In this document: piece after piece, positions 42,501-57,600 of the stretch | Position numbering within the stretch: the stretch's first letter is position 1 | Layout of the letters: each line of letters starts with the position of its first letter | Assembly (NCBI RefSeq): GCF_009914755.1 | Contig: NC_060933.1 | From: the human T2T-CHM13v2.0 reference genome, Homo sapiens | Length of the DNA stretch: 64,000 bases | Direction: 5' to 3' (one strand) | The notes under the pieces: model-generated | Told to the model about the DNA's origin: nothing | Databases searched by the model: none | The model's input: the letters and a program-made list of their open reading frames with translations, nothing else | Program-made: the position numbers and the translations under genes

Positions 42501-45500
42501 GGAATGGAATGGAATGGAACGGAACGGAATGGAATGCAATGGAATGGAATGGAATGGAACGGAACGGAATGGAATGGAATGGAATGGAATGGAATGGAAT
42601 CAACGCGAGTGCAGGGGAATGGAATGGAATGGAATGCAATGGAATGGAATCTTCCGGAATGGAATGGAATGGAATGGAATGGAATGAAATGCAATGGATT
42701 CAACTCGATTGCAATGGAATGGAATAGAATGGAATGGAATGGAATGGAATGGAATGGAATTAATCCGAATAGAATGGAATGGAATGGAATGGAACGGAAT
42801 GGAACGGAATGGAATGGAATGGAATGGAATGGAATGGTATGGAATGGAATGGAATGGTACGGAATAGAATGGAATGGAACGAATTGTAATGGAATGGAAT
42901 TGAATGGAATGGAATAGAATGGAATGGAATCAACGCGAGTGCAGCGGAATGTAATGGAACGGAATGCAATGGAATGGAATCATCCGGAATGGAATGGAAT
43001 GGAATGGAATGGAATGGAATCAACCCGAGTGCAATGGAATGGAGTGGAATGGAATGGAATGGAATGGAACATCCCGAATGGAATGGAATGTAATGGAGAG
43101 TAAGGGAGTTGAATAGAATCAATCCGAATGTAATGGAATGGAATGCAACGGAATGGAATGGAATGGAATGGAATGGAATGCAATGGAATTGAATCAACCC
43201 GAGTACAATGGAATGGAATGGAATGGAATGGAATGGAATGGAATGGAATGGAATGGAATGGAATGGAATCGTTCCGAGTGGAATAGGAGGGAATGTATTC
43301 GAGTGGAATGGAAATTAAAGGTATCAACCAGAGTGGAATGGAAGGGAATGGAATGGAATGGAAACTAATAGAATGGAATCAACCCAAGTGGAATGGAATG
43401 GAAAGGACTGGAATGGAATGGAATGGAATGGAATCAACTCGATTGTAATGGAATGGAATGGAATGGAATGCAATGGAATGGAATTAACCCGAATACAATG
43501 GAATGGAATGGAATGGAACGGAATGGAGTGGAATGGAATGGAATCAACCCGAGTGCAGGAGAATGGAATGGAATGGAATGCAATGGAATGTAATCATCCG
43601 GAATGGAATGGAAAGGAATGGAATGCAAAGCAATGGAATCAACTCGATTGCAATGGAATGAAATGGAATGGAAAGGAATACATTGGAATCAACCCGAGTG
43701 GAATGGAATGGAAAGGACTGGAATGGAGTGGAATGGAATGGAATGGAATGGAATGGAATCAACTTGATTGGAATGGAATGGAATGGAATGGAATGGAATT
43801 AACCCGAATAGAATGGAATGGAATGGAATGGAACGGAACGGAATGGAATGGAATGGAATGGAATGGAATGGAATAAACCCGAGTGCAATGGAATGGAGTG
43901 GAATGGAATGGAATGGAATGGAACAACCCGAATGGAATGGAATGTAATGGAGAGTAAGGGAGTTGAATAGAATCAATCCGAATGTAATGGAATGGAATGG
44001 AACGGAATGGAATTGAATGGAATGGAATGGAATGGAATCAACCCGAGTGCAATGGAATGGAGAGGAATGGAATGGAATGGAATGGAAACTACCCGAATGG
44101 AATGGAATGTAATGGAGTGTAACGGAATTGAATAGAATCAATCCGAATGTAATGGAATGGAATGGAACGGAATGGAATGGAATGGAATGGAATGGAATGG
44201 AATGGAATCGAATGGAATGGAATGCAATGGAATGGAATCAACCCGAGTGCAATCGAATGGAATCGAATGGAATGGAATGCAATGGAATGGATTCAACTTG
44301 AATGGAATGGAAAGAATGGAATCAACACGAGTGGAATGCCATGGATTGGAATGGAATGGAATGGAATCAACCCGAGTAGAGGGGAATGGAATGGAATGGA
44401 ATGCAATGGCATGGAATCATCCGTAATGGAATGGAAAGGAATGGAATGGAATGGAATGGAATGGAATGGAATGGAATGGAATGGAATCAACTCGATTGCA
44501 ATCGAATGGAATGGAATGGAATTAACCCGAATAGAATGGAATGGAATGGAATGGAACGGAACGGAATGGAATGGAATGGAATGGAATGGAGTGGAACGGA
44601 AAGGAAGGGAATGGAATGGAATAGAATGGAATGCAATGGAATCAACACGAGTGCAGGGGAATGGAATGGAATGGAATGTAATGGAATGGAATCTTCCGGA
44701 ATGGAATGGAATGGAATGGAATGGAATGGAATGGAATGGAATCAACCCGAGTGCAATGGAATGGAGTGGAATGGAATGGAATGGAATGGAACAACCCGAA
44801 TGGAATGGAATGTAATGGAGAGTAAGGGAGTTGAATAGAATCAATCCGAATGTAATGGAATGGAATGGAACGCAATGGAATTGAATGGAATGGAATGGAA
44901 TGCAATGGAATGGAATCAACCCGAGTGCAATGGAATGGAGAGGAATGGAATGGAATGGAATGGAAACTACACGAATGGAATGGAATGTAATGGAGTGTAA
45001 GGGAATTGAATAGAATCAATCCGAATGTAATGGAATGGTATGGAACGGAATGGAATGGAATGGAATGGAATTGAATGGAATGGAATGCAATGGAATGGAA
45101 TCAACCCGAGTGCAATCGAATGGAATCGAATGGAATGGAATGCAATGGAATGGATTCAACTTGAATGGAATGGAAAGAATGGAATCAACACGAGTGGAAT
45201 GGCATGGATTGGAATGGAATGGAATGGAATCAACCCGAGTACAGGGGAATGGAATGGAATGGAATGCAATGGAATGGAATCATCCGTAATGGAATGGAAA
45301 GGAATGGAATGGAATGGAATGGAATGGAATGGAATCAACGAGATTGCAATCGAATGGAATGGAATGGAATTAACCCGAATAGAATGGAATGGTACGGAAC
45401 GGAATGGAATGGAATGGAATGGAATGGAATGGAATGGAATGGAATGGAATGGAATGGAATCAACGCGAGTGCAGGGGAATGGAATGGAATGGAATGCAAT

Positions 45501-48500
45501 GGAATGGAGTCTTCCGGAATGGAATGGAATGGAATGGAATTGAATGAAATGCAATGGATTCAACTCGATTGCAATGGAATGGAATAGAATGGAATGGAAT
45601 GAAATGGAATGGAATTAATTCGAATAGAATGGAATGGAATGGAATGGAACGGAATGGAACGGAATGGAATGGAATGGAATGGAATGGTACGGAATAGAAT
45701 GGAATGGAACGAATTGTAATGGAATGGAATTGAATGGAATGGAATGGAATGGAATGGAATCAACGCGAGTGCAGGGGAATGTAATGGAACGGAATGCAAT
45801 GGAATGGAATCATCCGGAATGGAATGGAATGGAATGGAATGGAATGGAATGGAATGGAATGGAATCAACCCGAGTGCAATGGAATGGAGTGGAATGGAAT
45901 GGAATGTAATGGAACAACCCGAATGGAATGGAATGTAATGGAGAGTAAGGGAGTTGAATAGAATCAATCCGAATGTAATGGAATGGAATGCAACAGAATG
46001 GAATGGAATGGAATGGAATGGAATGCAATGGAATTGAATCAACCCGAGTACAATGGAATGGAATGGAATGCAATGGAATGGAATGGAATGGAATGGAATG
46101 ATACGGAATAGAATGTAATGGAACGAAATGGAATGGAATGGAATAGAATGGAATGGAATGGAGTGGAATGGAATGGAATCGTTCCGAGTGGAATAGGAGG
46201 GAATGTATTCGAGTGGAATGGAAAGGAATGGAATCAACCAGAGTGGAATGGAAGGGAATGGAATGGAATGGAAACTAATAGAATGGAATCAACCCGAGAG
46301 GAATGGAATGGAAAGGACTGGAATGGAATGGAATGGAATGGAATTAACTCGATTGTAATGGAATGGAATGGAATGGAATGGAATGGAATGGAATTAACGC
46401 GAATACAATGCAATGGAATGGAATGGAACAGAATGGAGTGGAATGGAATGGAATCAACCCGAGTGCAGGGGAATGGAATGGAATGGAATGCAATGGAATG
46501 GAATCATCCGGAATGGAATGGAATAGAACGGAATGCAAAGCAATGGATTCAACTCGATTGCAATGGAATGGAATGGAATGGGAAGGAATACATTGGAATC
46601 AACCCGAGTGGAATGGAATGGAAAGGACTGGAATGGAGTGGAATGGAATGGAATGGAATGGAATGGAATCAACTCGATTGGAATGGAATGGAATGGAATT
46701 GAATGGAATTAACCCGAATAGAATGCAATGGAATGGAATGGAACGGAACGGAATGGAATGGAATGGAATGGAATGGAATGGAATGGAAACAACCCGACTG
46801 CAGGGGAATGGAATGGAATGGAATGGAATGCAATGGAATGGATTCAACATGAATGGAATGGAAAGAATGGAATCAACACGAGTGGAATGGCATGGATTGG
46901 AATTGAATGGAATGGAATCAACCTGAGTACAGGGGAATGGAATGGAATGGAATGCAATGGAATGGAATCATCCATAATGTAATGGAAAGGAGTGGAATGG
47001 AATGGAATGGAATGGAATGGAATGGAATCAACTCGTTGGCAATCGAATGGAATGGAATGGAATTAACCCGAATAGAATTGAATGGAATGGAATGGAACGG
47101 AACGGAACGGAATGGAATGGATTGGAATGGAATGGAATGGAATGGAATGGAACGGAAAGGAATGGAATAGAATGGAATGGAATGGAATGGAATGTAATCA
47201 ACGCGAATGCAGGGGAATGGAATGGAATGGAATGCAATGGAATGGAATCTTCCGGAATGGAATGGAATGGAATGGAATGGAATGGAATGGAATAAACCCG
47301 AGTGCAATGGAATGGAGTGGAATGGAATGGAATGGAATGGAACAACCCGAATGGAATGGAATGTAATGGAGAGTAAGGGAGTTGAATTGAATCAATCCGA
47401 ATGTAATGGAATGGAATGGAACGGAATGGAATTGAATGGAATGGAATGGAATGCAATGGAATGGAATCATCCGTAATGGAATGGAAAGGAAAGGAATGGA
47501 ATGGAATGGAATGGAATGGAATGGAATGGAATCAACTCGATTGCAATCGAATGGAATGGAATGGAATTAACTGGAATAGAATGGAATGCAATGGAATGGA
47601 ACGGAATGGAATGGAATGGAAGGGAATGGAATCAACACGAGTGCAGGGGAATGGAATGGAATGGAATGCAATGGAATGGAATCATCCGGAATGGAATGGA
47701 ATGGAATGGAATGGAATGCAATGGAATGGAATCATCCGGAATGGAATGGAATGGAATGGAATGGAATCAACTCCATTGCAATGGAATGGAGTGGAATGGA
47801 ATGGAATAGAATGGAATGGAATTAACCCGAATAGAATGGAATGCAATAGAATGGAATGGAACGGAACAAAATGGAGTGGAATGGAATGGAATGGAATCAA
47901 CCTGAGTGCAGGGGAATGGAATGGAACGGAATGCAATGGAATGGAATCATCCGGAATGGAATGGAATGGAATGGAATGGAATGGAATGGAATGGAACGGA
48001 ATGGAATGGAATGGAATGGAATGGATTGGAATGGAATGGAATGGAATGGAAAGGAATGGAATGGAATGGAAACAACGCGTGTGCAGGGGAATGGAATGGA
48101 ATGGAATGCAATGGAATGGAAACTTCCGGAATGAAATGCAATGGATTCTACTCGATTGCAATGGAATGGAATAGAATGGAATGGAATGGAATGGAATGGA
48201 ATTAATCCGAATAGAATTGACTGGAATGGAATGGAACGGAATGGAACGGAATGGAATGGAATGGAATGGAATGGAATGGTATGGAATGGAATTGAATGGT
48301 ACGGAATAGAATGGAATGGAACGAATTGTAATGGAATGGAATTGAATGGAATGGAATGGAATGGAATGGAATGGAATCAACGCGAGTGCAGGGGAATGTA
48401 ATGGAACGGAATGCAATGGAATGGAATCATCCGGAATGGAACGGAATGTAATGGAATGGAATGGAATCAACCCGAGTGCAATGGAATGGAGTGGAATGGA

Positions 48501-51500
48501 ATGGAATGGAATGGAACAACCCGAATGGAATGGAATGTAATGGAGAGTAAGGGAGTTGAATAGAATCAATCCGAATGTAATGGAATGGAATGCAACGGAA
48601 TGGAATGGAATGGAATGGAATAGAATGCAATGGAAGGGAATCAACCCGACTACAATGGAATGGAATGGAATGGAATGGAATGGAATGGAATGGAATGGAA
48701 TGGAATGGAATGGAATGGAATGGAATGATACGAAATAGAATGGAATGGAACGAAATGGAATGGAATGGAGTGGAATGGAATGGAATCGTTCCGAGTGGAA
48801 TAGGAGGGAATGTATTCGAGTGGAATGGAAAGGAATGGAATCAACCAGAGTGGAATGGAAGGGAATGGAATGGAATGGAAACTAATAGAATGGAATCAAC
48901 CCGACTGGAATGGAATGGAACGGACTGGAATGGAATGGAATGGAATGGAATCAACTCGATTGTAATGGAATGGAATGGAATGGAATGGAATGGAATGGAA
49001 TTAACCCGAATACAATGGAATGGAATGGAATGGAATGGAATGGAGTGGAAAGGAATGGAATCAACCCGAGTGCAGGGGAATGGAATGGAATGGAATGCAA
49101 TGGAATGGAATCATCCGGAATGGAATGGAATGGAATGGAATACAAAGCAATGGAATCAACTCGATTGCAATGGAATGGAATGGAATGGAAAGGAATACAT
49201 TGGAATCAACCCGAGTGGAATGGAATGGAAAGGACTGGAATGGAGTGGAATGGAATGGAATGGAATGGAATGGAATGGAATGGAATCAACTTGATTGGAA
49301 TGGAATGGAATGGAATGGAATGGAATGGAATGGAATGGAATGGAATCAACCCGACTGCAGGGGAATGGAATGGAATGGAATGCAATGGAATGCATTCAAC
49401 TTGAATGGAATGGAAAGAATGGAATCAACACGAGTGGAATGGCATCGATTGGAATGGAATGGAATGGAATGAACCCGAGTACACGGGAATGGAATGGAAT
49501 GGAATGCAATGGAATGGAATCATCCGTAATGGAATGGAAAGGAATGGAATAGAATGGAATGGAATGGAATGGAATCAACTCGATTGCAATCGAATGGAAT
49601 TGAATGGAATTAACCCGCATAGAATGGAATGGAATGGAATGGAATTTAACGGAACGGAATGGAATGGAATGGAACGGAACGGAACAGAACGGAACGGAAT
49701 GGAATGGAATGCAATGGAATGGAATGGAATGGAATCAACGCGAGTGCAGGGGAATGGAATGGAATGGAATGCAATGGAATGGAATCTTCCGGAATGGAAT
49801 GGAATGGAATGGAATGGAATGGAATGGAATGAAATGCAATGGATTCAACTCGATTGCAATGGAATGGAATAGAATGGAATGGAATGGAATGGAATGGAAT
49901 GGAATGGAATTAACCCAAATAGAATGGAATGGAATGGAATGGAACGGAATGGAACGGAATGGAATGGAATGGAATGGAATGGAATGGTATGGAATGGAAT
50001 GGAATGGTACGGAATAGAATGGAATGGAACGAATTGTAATGGAATGGAATTGAATGGAATGGAATGGAATGGAATGGAATCAACGCCAGTGCAGGGGAAT
50101 GTAATGGAACGGAATGCAATGGAATGGAATCATCCGGAATGGAATGGAATGGAATGGAATGGAATGGAATGGAATCAACCCGAGTGCAATGGAATGGAGT
50201 GGAATGGAATGGAATGGAATGGAACAACCCGAATGGAATGGAATGTAATGGAGAGTAAGGGAGTTGAATAGAATGAATCCGAATGTAATGGAATGCAATG
50301 CAACGGAATGGAATGGAATGGAATAGAATGGAATGCAATGGAATGGAATCAACCCGAGGACAATGGAATGGAATGGAATGGAATGGAATGGAATGGAATG
50401 GAATGAAATGGAATGATACGGAATAGAATGGAATGGAACGAAATGGAATGGAATGGAATGGAATGGAATGGAATGGAATGGAATAGTTCCGAGTGGAATA
50501 GGAGGGAATGTATTCGAGTGGAATGGAAAGGAATGGAATCAACCAGAGTGGAATGGAAGGAAATGAAATCGAATGGAAAATAATGGAATGGAATCAAACC
50601 GAGTGGAATGGAATGGAAAGGACTGGAATGGAATGGAACGGAATGGAATCAACTCGATTGTAATGGAATGGAATGGAATGGAATGGAATGCAGTGGAATG
50701 GAATGGAATCAACCCGAGTGCAGGGGAATGGAATGGAATGGAATGCAATGGAATGGAATCACCCGGAATGGAATGGAATGGAATGGAATGCAAAACAATG
50801 GAATCAACTCGATTGCAGTGGAATGGAATGGAATGGAAAGGAATACATTGGAATCAACCCGAGTGGAATGGAATGGAAAGGACTGGAATGGAGTGGAATG
50901 GAATGGAATGGAATCGAATGGAATCAACTCGATTGGAATGGAATGGAATGGAATGGAATGGAATTAACCCGAATAGAATGGAATGCAATGGAATGGAACA
51001 GAACGGAACGGAATGGAATGGAACGGAATGGAATGGAATGGAATGGAATCAACCCGACTGCAGGGGAATGGAATGCAAGGGAATGCAATGGAATGGATTC
51101 AACTTGAATGGAATGGAAAGAATGGAATCAACACGAGTGGAATGGCATGGATTGGAATGGAATGGAATGGAATCAACCCGAGTACAGGGGAATGGAATGG
51201 AATGGAATGCAATGGAATGGAATCATCCGTAATGGAATGGAAAGTAATGGAATGGAATGGAATGGAATGGAATGGAATGGAATGGAATGGAATGGAATCA
51301 ACTCGATTGCAATCGAATGGAATGGAATGGAATTAACCCGAATAGAATGGAATGGAATGGAATGGAACGGAACGGAACGGAATGGAATGGATTGGAATGG
51401 AATGGAATGGAATGGAATGGAACGGAAAGGAATGGAATGGAATGCAATGGAGTGGAATGGAATGGAATGGAATCAACGCGAGTGCAGGGGAATGGAATGG

Positions 51501-53049
51501 AATGGAATGCAATGGAATGGAATCTTCCGGAATGGAATGGAATGGAATGGAAAGGAATGGAATGGAATCAACCCGAGTGCAATGGAATGGAGTGGAATGG
51601 AATGGAATGGAATGGAACAAACCGAATGGAATGGAATGTAATGGAGAGTAAGGGAGTTGAAGAGAATCAATCCGAATGTAATGGAATGGAATGGAACGGA
51701 ATGGAATTGAATGGAATGGAATGGAATGCAATGGAATGGAATCAACCCGAGTGCAATGGAATGGAGAGGAATGGAATGGAATGGAATGGAAACTACCCGA
51801 ATGGAATGGAATGTAATGGAGTGTAAGGGAATTGAATAGAATCAATCCGAATGTAATGGAATGGAATGGAACGGAATGGAATGGAATGGAATGGAATGGA
51901 ATGGAATGGAATGGAATGCAATGGAATGGAATCAACCCGAGTGCAATCGAATGGAATCGAATGGAATGGAATGCAATGGAATGGATTCAACTTGAATGGA
52001 ATGGAAAGAATGGAATCAACACGAGTGGAATGGCATGGATTGGAATGGAATGGAATGGAATCAACCCGAGTACAGGGGAATGGAATGGAATGGAATGCAA
52101 TGGAATGGAATCATCCGTAATGGAATGGAAAGGAATGGAATGGAATAGAATGGAATGGAATGGAATGGAATGGAATGGAATGGAATTAAACCGAATAGAA
52201 TGGAATGGAATGGAATGGAACGGAACGGAAGGGAACGGAACGGAATGGAATGGAATAAAATGGAATGGAACGGAAAGGAATGGAATGGAATGGAATGGAA
52301 TGGAATGGAATGGAATGGAATCAACGCGAGTGCAGGGGAATGGAATGGAATGGAATGCCATGGAATGGAATCTTCCGGAATGGAATGGAATGGAATGGAA
52401 TGGAATGGAATTAACCCGAATAGAATGGAATGGAATGGAATGGAACGGAACGGAATGGAATGGAATGGAATGGAATGGAATGGAACGGAACGGAATGGAA
52501 TGGAATGGAATGGAATGGAATGGAATGGAATCAAAGCGAGTGCAGGGGAATGGAATGTAATGGAATTCAATGGAATCAACTCGATTGCAATCGAATGGAA
52601 TGGAATGGAATTAACCCGAATAGAATGGAATGGAACGGAATGGAAAGGAACGGAATCGAATGGAATGGAATGGAATGGAATGGAACGGAATGGAATGGAA
52701 TGGAATCAACGCGAGTGCAGGGGAATGTAATGGAACGGAATATAATGGAATGGAATTATCCGGAATGGAATGGAATGGAATGGAATGGAATGGAATGGAA
52801 TCAACCCGAGTGCAATGGAATGGAGTGGAATGGAATGGAATGGAATGGAACAACCCGAATGGAATGGAATGTAATGGGGAGTAAGTGAGTTGAATAGAAT
52901 CAATCCTAATGTAATGGAATGGAATGCAACGGAATGGAATGGAATAGAATGGAATGGAATGGAATGGAATGGAATGCAATGGAATGGAATCAACCCGAGT
53001 ACAATGGAATGGAATGGAATGGAATGGAATGGAATGGAATGGAATGGAA

Positions 53050-53340
53050 TGGAATGGTACGGAATAGAATGGAATGGAACGAAATGGAATGGAATGGAAT
53101 GGAATCGTTCCGAGTGGAATAGGAGGGAATGTATTCGAGTGGAATGGAAAGGAATGGAATCAACACGAGTGGAATGGAATGGAATGGAAAGGAATGGAAT
53201 GGAATGGAATGGTACGGAATAGAATGGAATGGAACGAAATGGAATGGAATGGAATGGAATGGAATGGAATGGAATGGAATGGAATCGTTCCGAGTGGAAT
53301 AGGAGGGAATGTATTCGAGTGGAATGGAAAGGAATGGAAT
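53050..53340 (+). repeat. 180-bp local tandem duplication of the CGTTCCGAGT-AGGAGG module
   Basis: GGAATCGTTCCGAGTGGAATAGGAGGGAATGTATTCGAGT at 53101 and 53281. Confidence 0.9.
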
Positions 53341-56300
53341 CAACCAGAGTGGAATGGAAGGGAATGGAATGGAATGGAAACTAATAGAATGGAATCAACC
53401 CGAGTGGAATGGAATGGAAAGGACTGGAATGGAATGGAATGGAATGGAATGGAATGGAATGGAATCAACTCGATTGTAATGGATTGGAATGGAATGGAAT
53501 GGAATGGAATGGAATGGAATGGAATTAACCCGAATACAACGGAATGGAATGGAATGGAACGGAATGGAGTGGAATGGAATGGAATCAACCCGTGTGCAGG
53601 GGAACGGAATGGAATGGAATGCAATGGAATGGAATCATCCGGAATGGAATAGAATGGAATGGAATGCAAAGAAATGGAATCAACTCGATTGCAATGAAAT
53701 GGAATGGAATGGAAAGGAATACATTGGAATCAACCCGAGGGGAATGGAATGGAAAGGACTGGAATGGAGTGGAATGGAAAGGAATGGAATGGAATGGAAT
53801 CAACTCGATTGGAATGGAATGGAATGGAATGGAATGGAATGGAATGGAATTAACCCGAATAGAATGGAATGGAATTAAATGGAAAGGAACGGAATGGAAT
53901 GGAATGGAATGGAATGGAATCAACCCGACTGCGGGGGAATGGAATGGAATGGAATGGAATGCAATGGAATGGATTCAACTTGAATGGAATGGAAAGAATG
54001 GAATCAACACGAGTGGAATGGCATGGATTGGAATGGAATGGAATGGAATCAACCCGAGTACAGGGAAATGGAATGGAATGGAATGCAATGGAATGGAATC
54101 ATCCGTAATGGAATGGAAAGGAATGGAACGGAATGGAATGGAATGGAATGGAATGGAATGGAATGCAATGGAATGGAACGGAAAGGAATGGAATGGAATG
54201 GAATGGAATGGAATGGAATGGAATGGAATGGAATGGAATGGAATGGAATCAACGCGAGTGCAGGGGATTGGAATGTAAGGGAATGCAATGGAATGGAATC
54301 TTCCGGAATGGAATGGAATGGAATGGAATCAACCCGAGTGCAATGGAATGGAGTGGAATGGAATGGAATGGAATGGAACAACCCGAATGGAATCGAATGT
54401 AATGGAGAGTACGGGAGTTGAATAGAATCAATACGAATATAATGGAATGGAATGGAACGGAATGGAATTGAATGGAATGGAATGGAATGCAATGGAATGC
54501 AGTCAACCCGAGTGCAATGGAATGGAGAGGAATGGAATGGAATGGAATGGAAACTACCCGAATGGAATGGAATATAATGGAGTGTAAGGGAATTCAATAG
54601 AATTAATCCGAATGTAATGGAATGGAATGGAACGGAATGGAATGGAATGGAATGGAATGGAATGGAATGGAATGCAATGGAATGGAATCAACCCGAGTGC
54701 AATCGAATGGAATCGAATGGAATGGAATGCAATGGAATGGATTCAACTTGAATGGAATGGAAAGAATGGAATCAACACGAGTGGAATGGCATGGATTGGA
54801 ATGGAATGGAATGGAATCAACCCGAGTACAGGGGAATGGAATGGAATGGAATGCAAAGGAATGGAATCATCCGTAATGGAATGGAATGGAATGGAATGGA
54901 ATGGAATGGAATCAACTCGATTGCAATCGAATGGAATGGAATGGAATTAACCCAAATAGAATGGAATGGAATGGAATGGAATGCAACGGAACGGAACGGA
55001 ATGGAATGGAATGGAATGGAATGGAACGGAACGGAACGGAATGGAATGGAATGGAATGGAATGGAATGGAATGGAATCAACGCGAGTGCAGGGGAATGGA
55101 ATGGAATGGAATGCAATGGAATGGAATCTTCCGGAATGGAATGGAATGGAATGGAATGGAATGGAATGGAATGGAATGGAATAAACCCGAGTGCAATGGA
55201 ATGGAGTGGAATGGAATGGAATGGAATGGAACAACCCGAATGGAATGGAATGTAATGGAGAGTAAGGGAGTTGAATAGAATCAATCCGAATGTAATGGAA
55301 TGGAATGGAACGGAATGGAATTGAATGGAATGGAATGGAATGCAATGGAATGGAATCAACCCGAGTGCAATGGAATGGAGAGGAATGGAATGGAATGGAG
55401 TGGAAACTACCCGAATGGAATGGAATGTAATGGAGTGTAAGGCAATTGAATAGAATCAATCCGAATGTAATGGAAAGGATTGGAACGGAATGGAATGGAA
55501 TGGAATGGAATGGAATGGAATGGAATGCAATGGAATGGAATCAACCCGAGTGCAATCGAATGGAATCGAATGGAATGAAATGCAATGGAATGGAATCAAC
55601 TCGATTGCAATCGAATGGAATGGAATGGAATTAACCCGTATAGAAAGGAATGGAATGGAATGGAAAGGAACGGAACGGAATGGAATGGAATGGAATGGAA
55701 CGGAACAGAATGGAATGGAATGGAATGGAATGGAATCAACGCGAGTGCAGGGGAATGGAATGGAATGGAATGCTATTGAATGGAATCTTCCGGAATGGAA
55801 TGGAATGGAATGGAATGGAATGAAATGCAATGGATTCAACTCGAATGCAATGGAATGGAATAGAATGGAATGGAATGGAATGGAATGGAATTAACCCGAA
55901 TAGAATGGAATGGAATGCAATGGAACGGAATGGAACGGAATGGAATAGAATGGAATGGAATGGAATGGAATGAAATGGAATGGTATAGAATGGAATGGAA
56001 TGGTACGGAATAGAATGGAATGTAACGAATTGTAATGGAATGGAATTGAATGGAATGGAATGGAATCAATGCGAGTGCAGGGGAATGTAATGGAACGGAA
56101 TGAAATGGAATGGAATCATCCGGAATGGAATGGAATGGAATGGAATGGAATGGAATGGAATGGAATGGAATCAACCCGAGTGCAATGGAATGGAGTGAAA
56201 TGGAATGGAATGGAATGGAGACAACCAGAATGGATTGGAATATAATGGAGTGTAAGGGAATTGATTAGAATCAATCTGAATGTAATGAAATGGAATGGAA

Positions 56301-57290
56301 CGGAATGGAATGGAATGGAATGGAATGGAATGGAATGCAATGGAATGGAATCAACCCGAGTGCAATCGAATGGAATCGAATGGAATGGAATGCATTGGAA
56401 TGGATTCAACTTGAATGGAATGGAAAGAATGGAATCAACACGAGTGGAAGGGCATGGATTGGAATGCAATGGAATGGAATCAACCCGAGTACAGGGGAAT
56501 GGAATGGAATGGAATGCAATGGAATGGAATCATCCGTAATGGAATGGAAAGGAATGGAATGGCATGGAATGGAATGGAATGGAATGGAATGGAATGTAAT
56601 GGAATGGAATGGAATGGTACGGAATAAAATGGAATGGAACGAAATGGAATGGAATGGAATGGAATGGAACGGAATGGAATGGAATCATTCCGAGTGGAAT
56701 AGAAGGGAATGAATTCGAGTGGAATGGAAAGGAATGGAATCAACCAGAGTGGAATGGAAGGGAATGCAATGGAATGGAAACTAATAAAATGGAATCAACA
56801 CGAGTGGAATGGAATGGAAAGGACTTGAATGGAATGGAATGGAATGGAATGGAATCAAGTCGATTGCAATGGAATGTAATGGAATGGAGTGGAATGGAAT
56901 TAACGCGAATAGAATGGAATGGAATGGAATGGAATGGAATGGAATGGAATGGAATGGAATGGAATCAACCTGAGTGCAGGGGAATGGAATGCAATGGAAT
57001 GCAATGGAATGCAATGGAATGGAATGGAATGGAATCAACGCGAGTGCAGGGGAATGGAATGTAATGGAATGCAATGGAATGGAATCTTCTGGAATGGAAT
57101 GGAATGGAATGGAATCAACCCGAGTGCAATGGAATGGAGTGGAATGGAATGGAATGGAAGGGAATGGAACAACCCGAATAGAATCGAATGTAATGGAGAG
57201 TAAGGGAGTTGAATAGAATCAATCCGAATGTAATGGAATGGAATGGAACGGAATGGAATTGAATGGTATGGAATGGAATGCAATGGAATG

Positions 57291-57600
57291 GAATCAACCC
57301 GAGTGCAATGGAATGGAGAGGAATGGAATGGAAACTACCCGAATGGAATGTAATGTAATGGAGTGTAAGGGAATTGAATAGAATCAATCCGAATGTAATG
57401 GAATGGAATGGAATGGAATGGAATGGAATGGAATGGAATGTAATACAATGGAATGGAATCAACCCGAGTGCAATGGAATGGAGAGGAATGGAATGGAAAC
57501 TACCCGAATGGAATGTAATGTAATGGAGTGTAAGGGAATTGAATAGAATCAATCCGAATGTAATGTAATGGAATGGAATGGAATGGAATGGAATGGAATG
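57291..57600 (+). repeat. 165-bp local tandem duplication
   Basis: CAACCCGAGTGCAATGGAATGGAGAGGAATGGAATGGAAACTACCCGAATGGAATGTAATGTAAT at 57295 and 57460. Confidence 0.9.
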
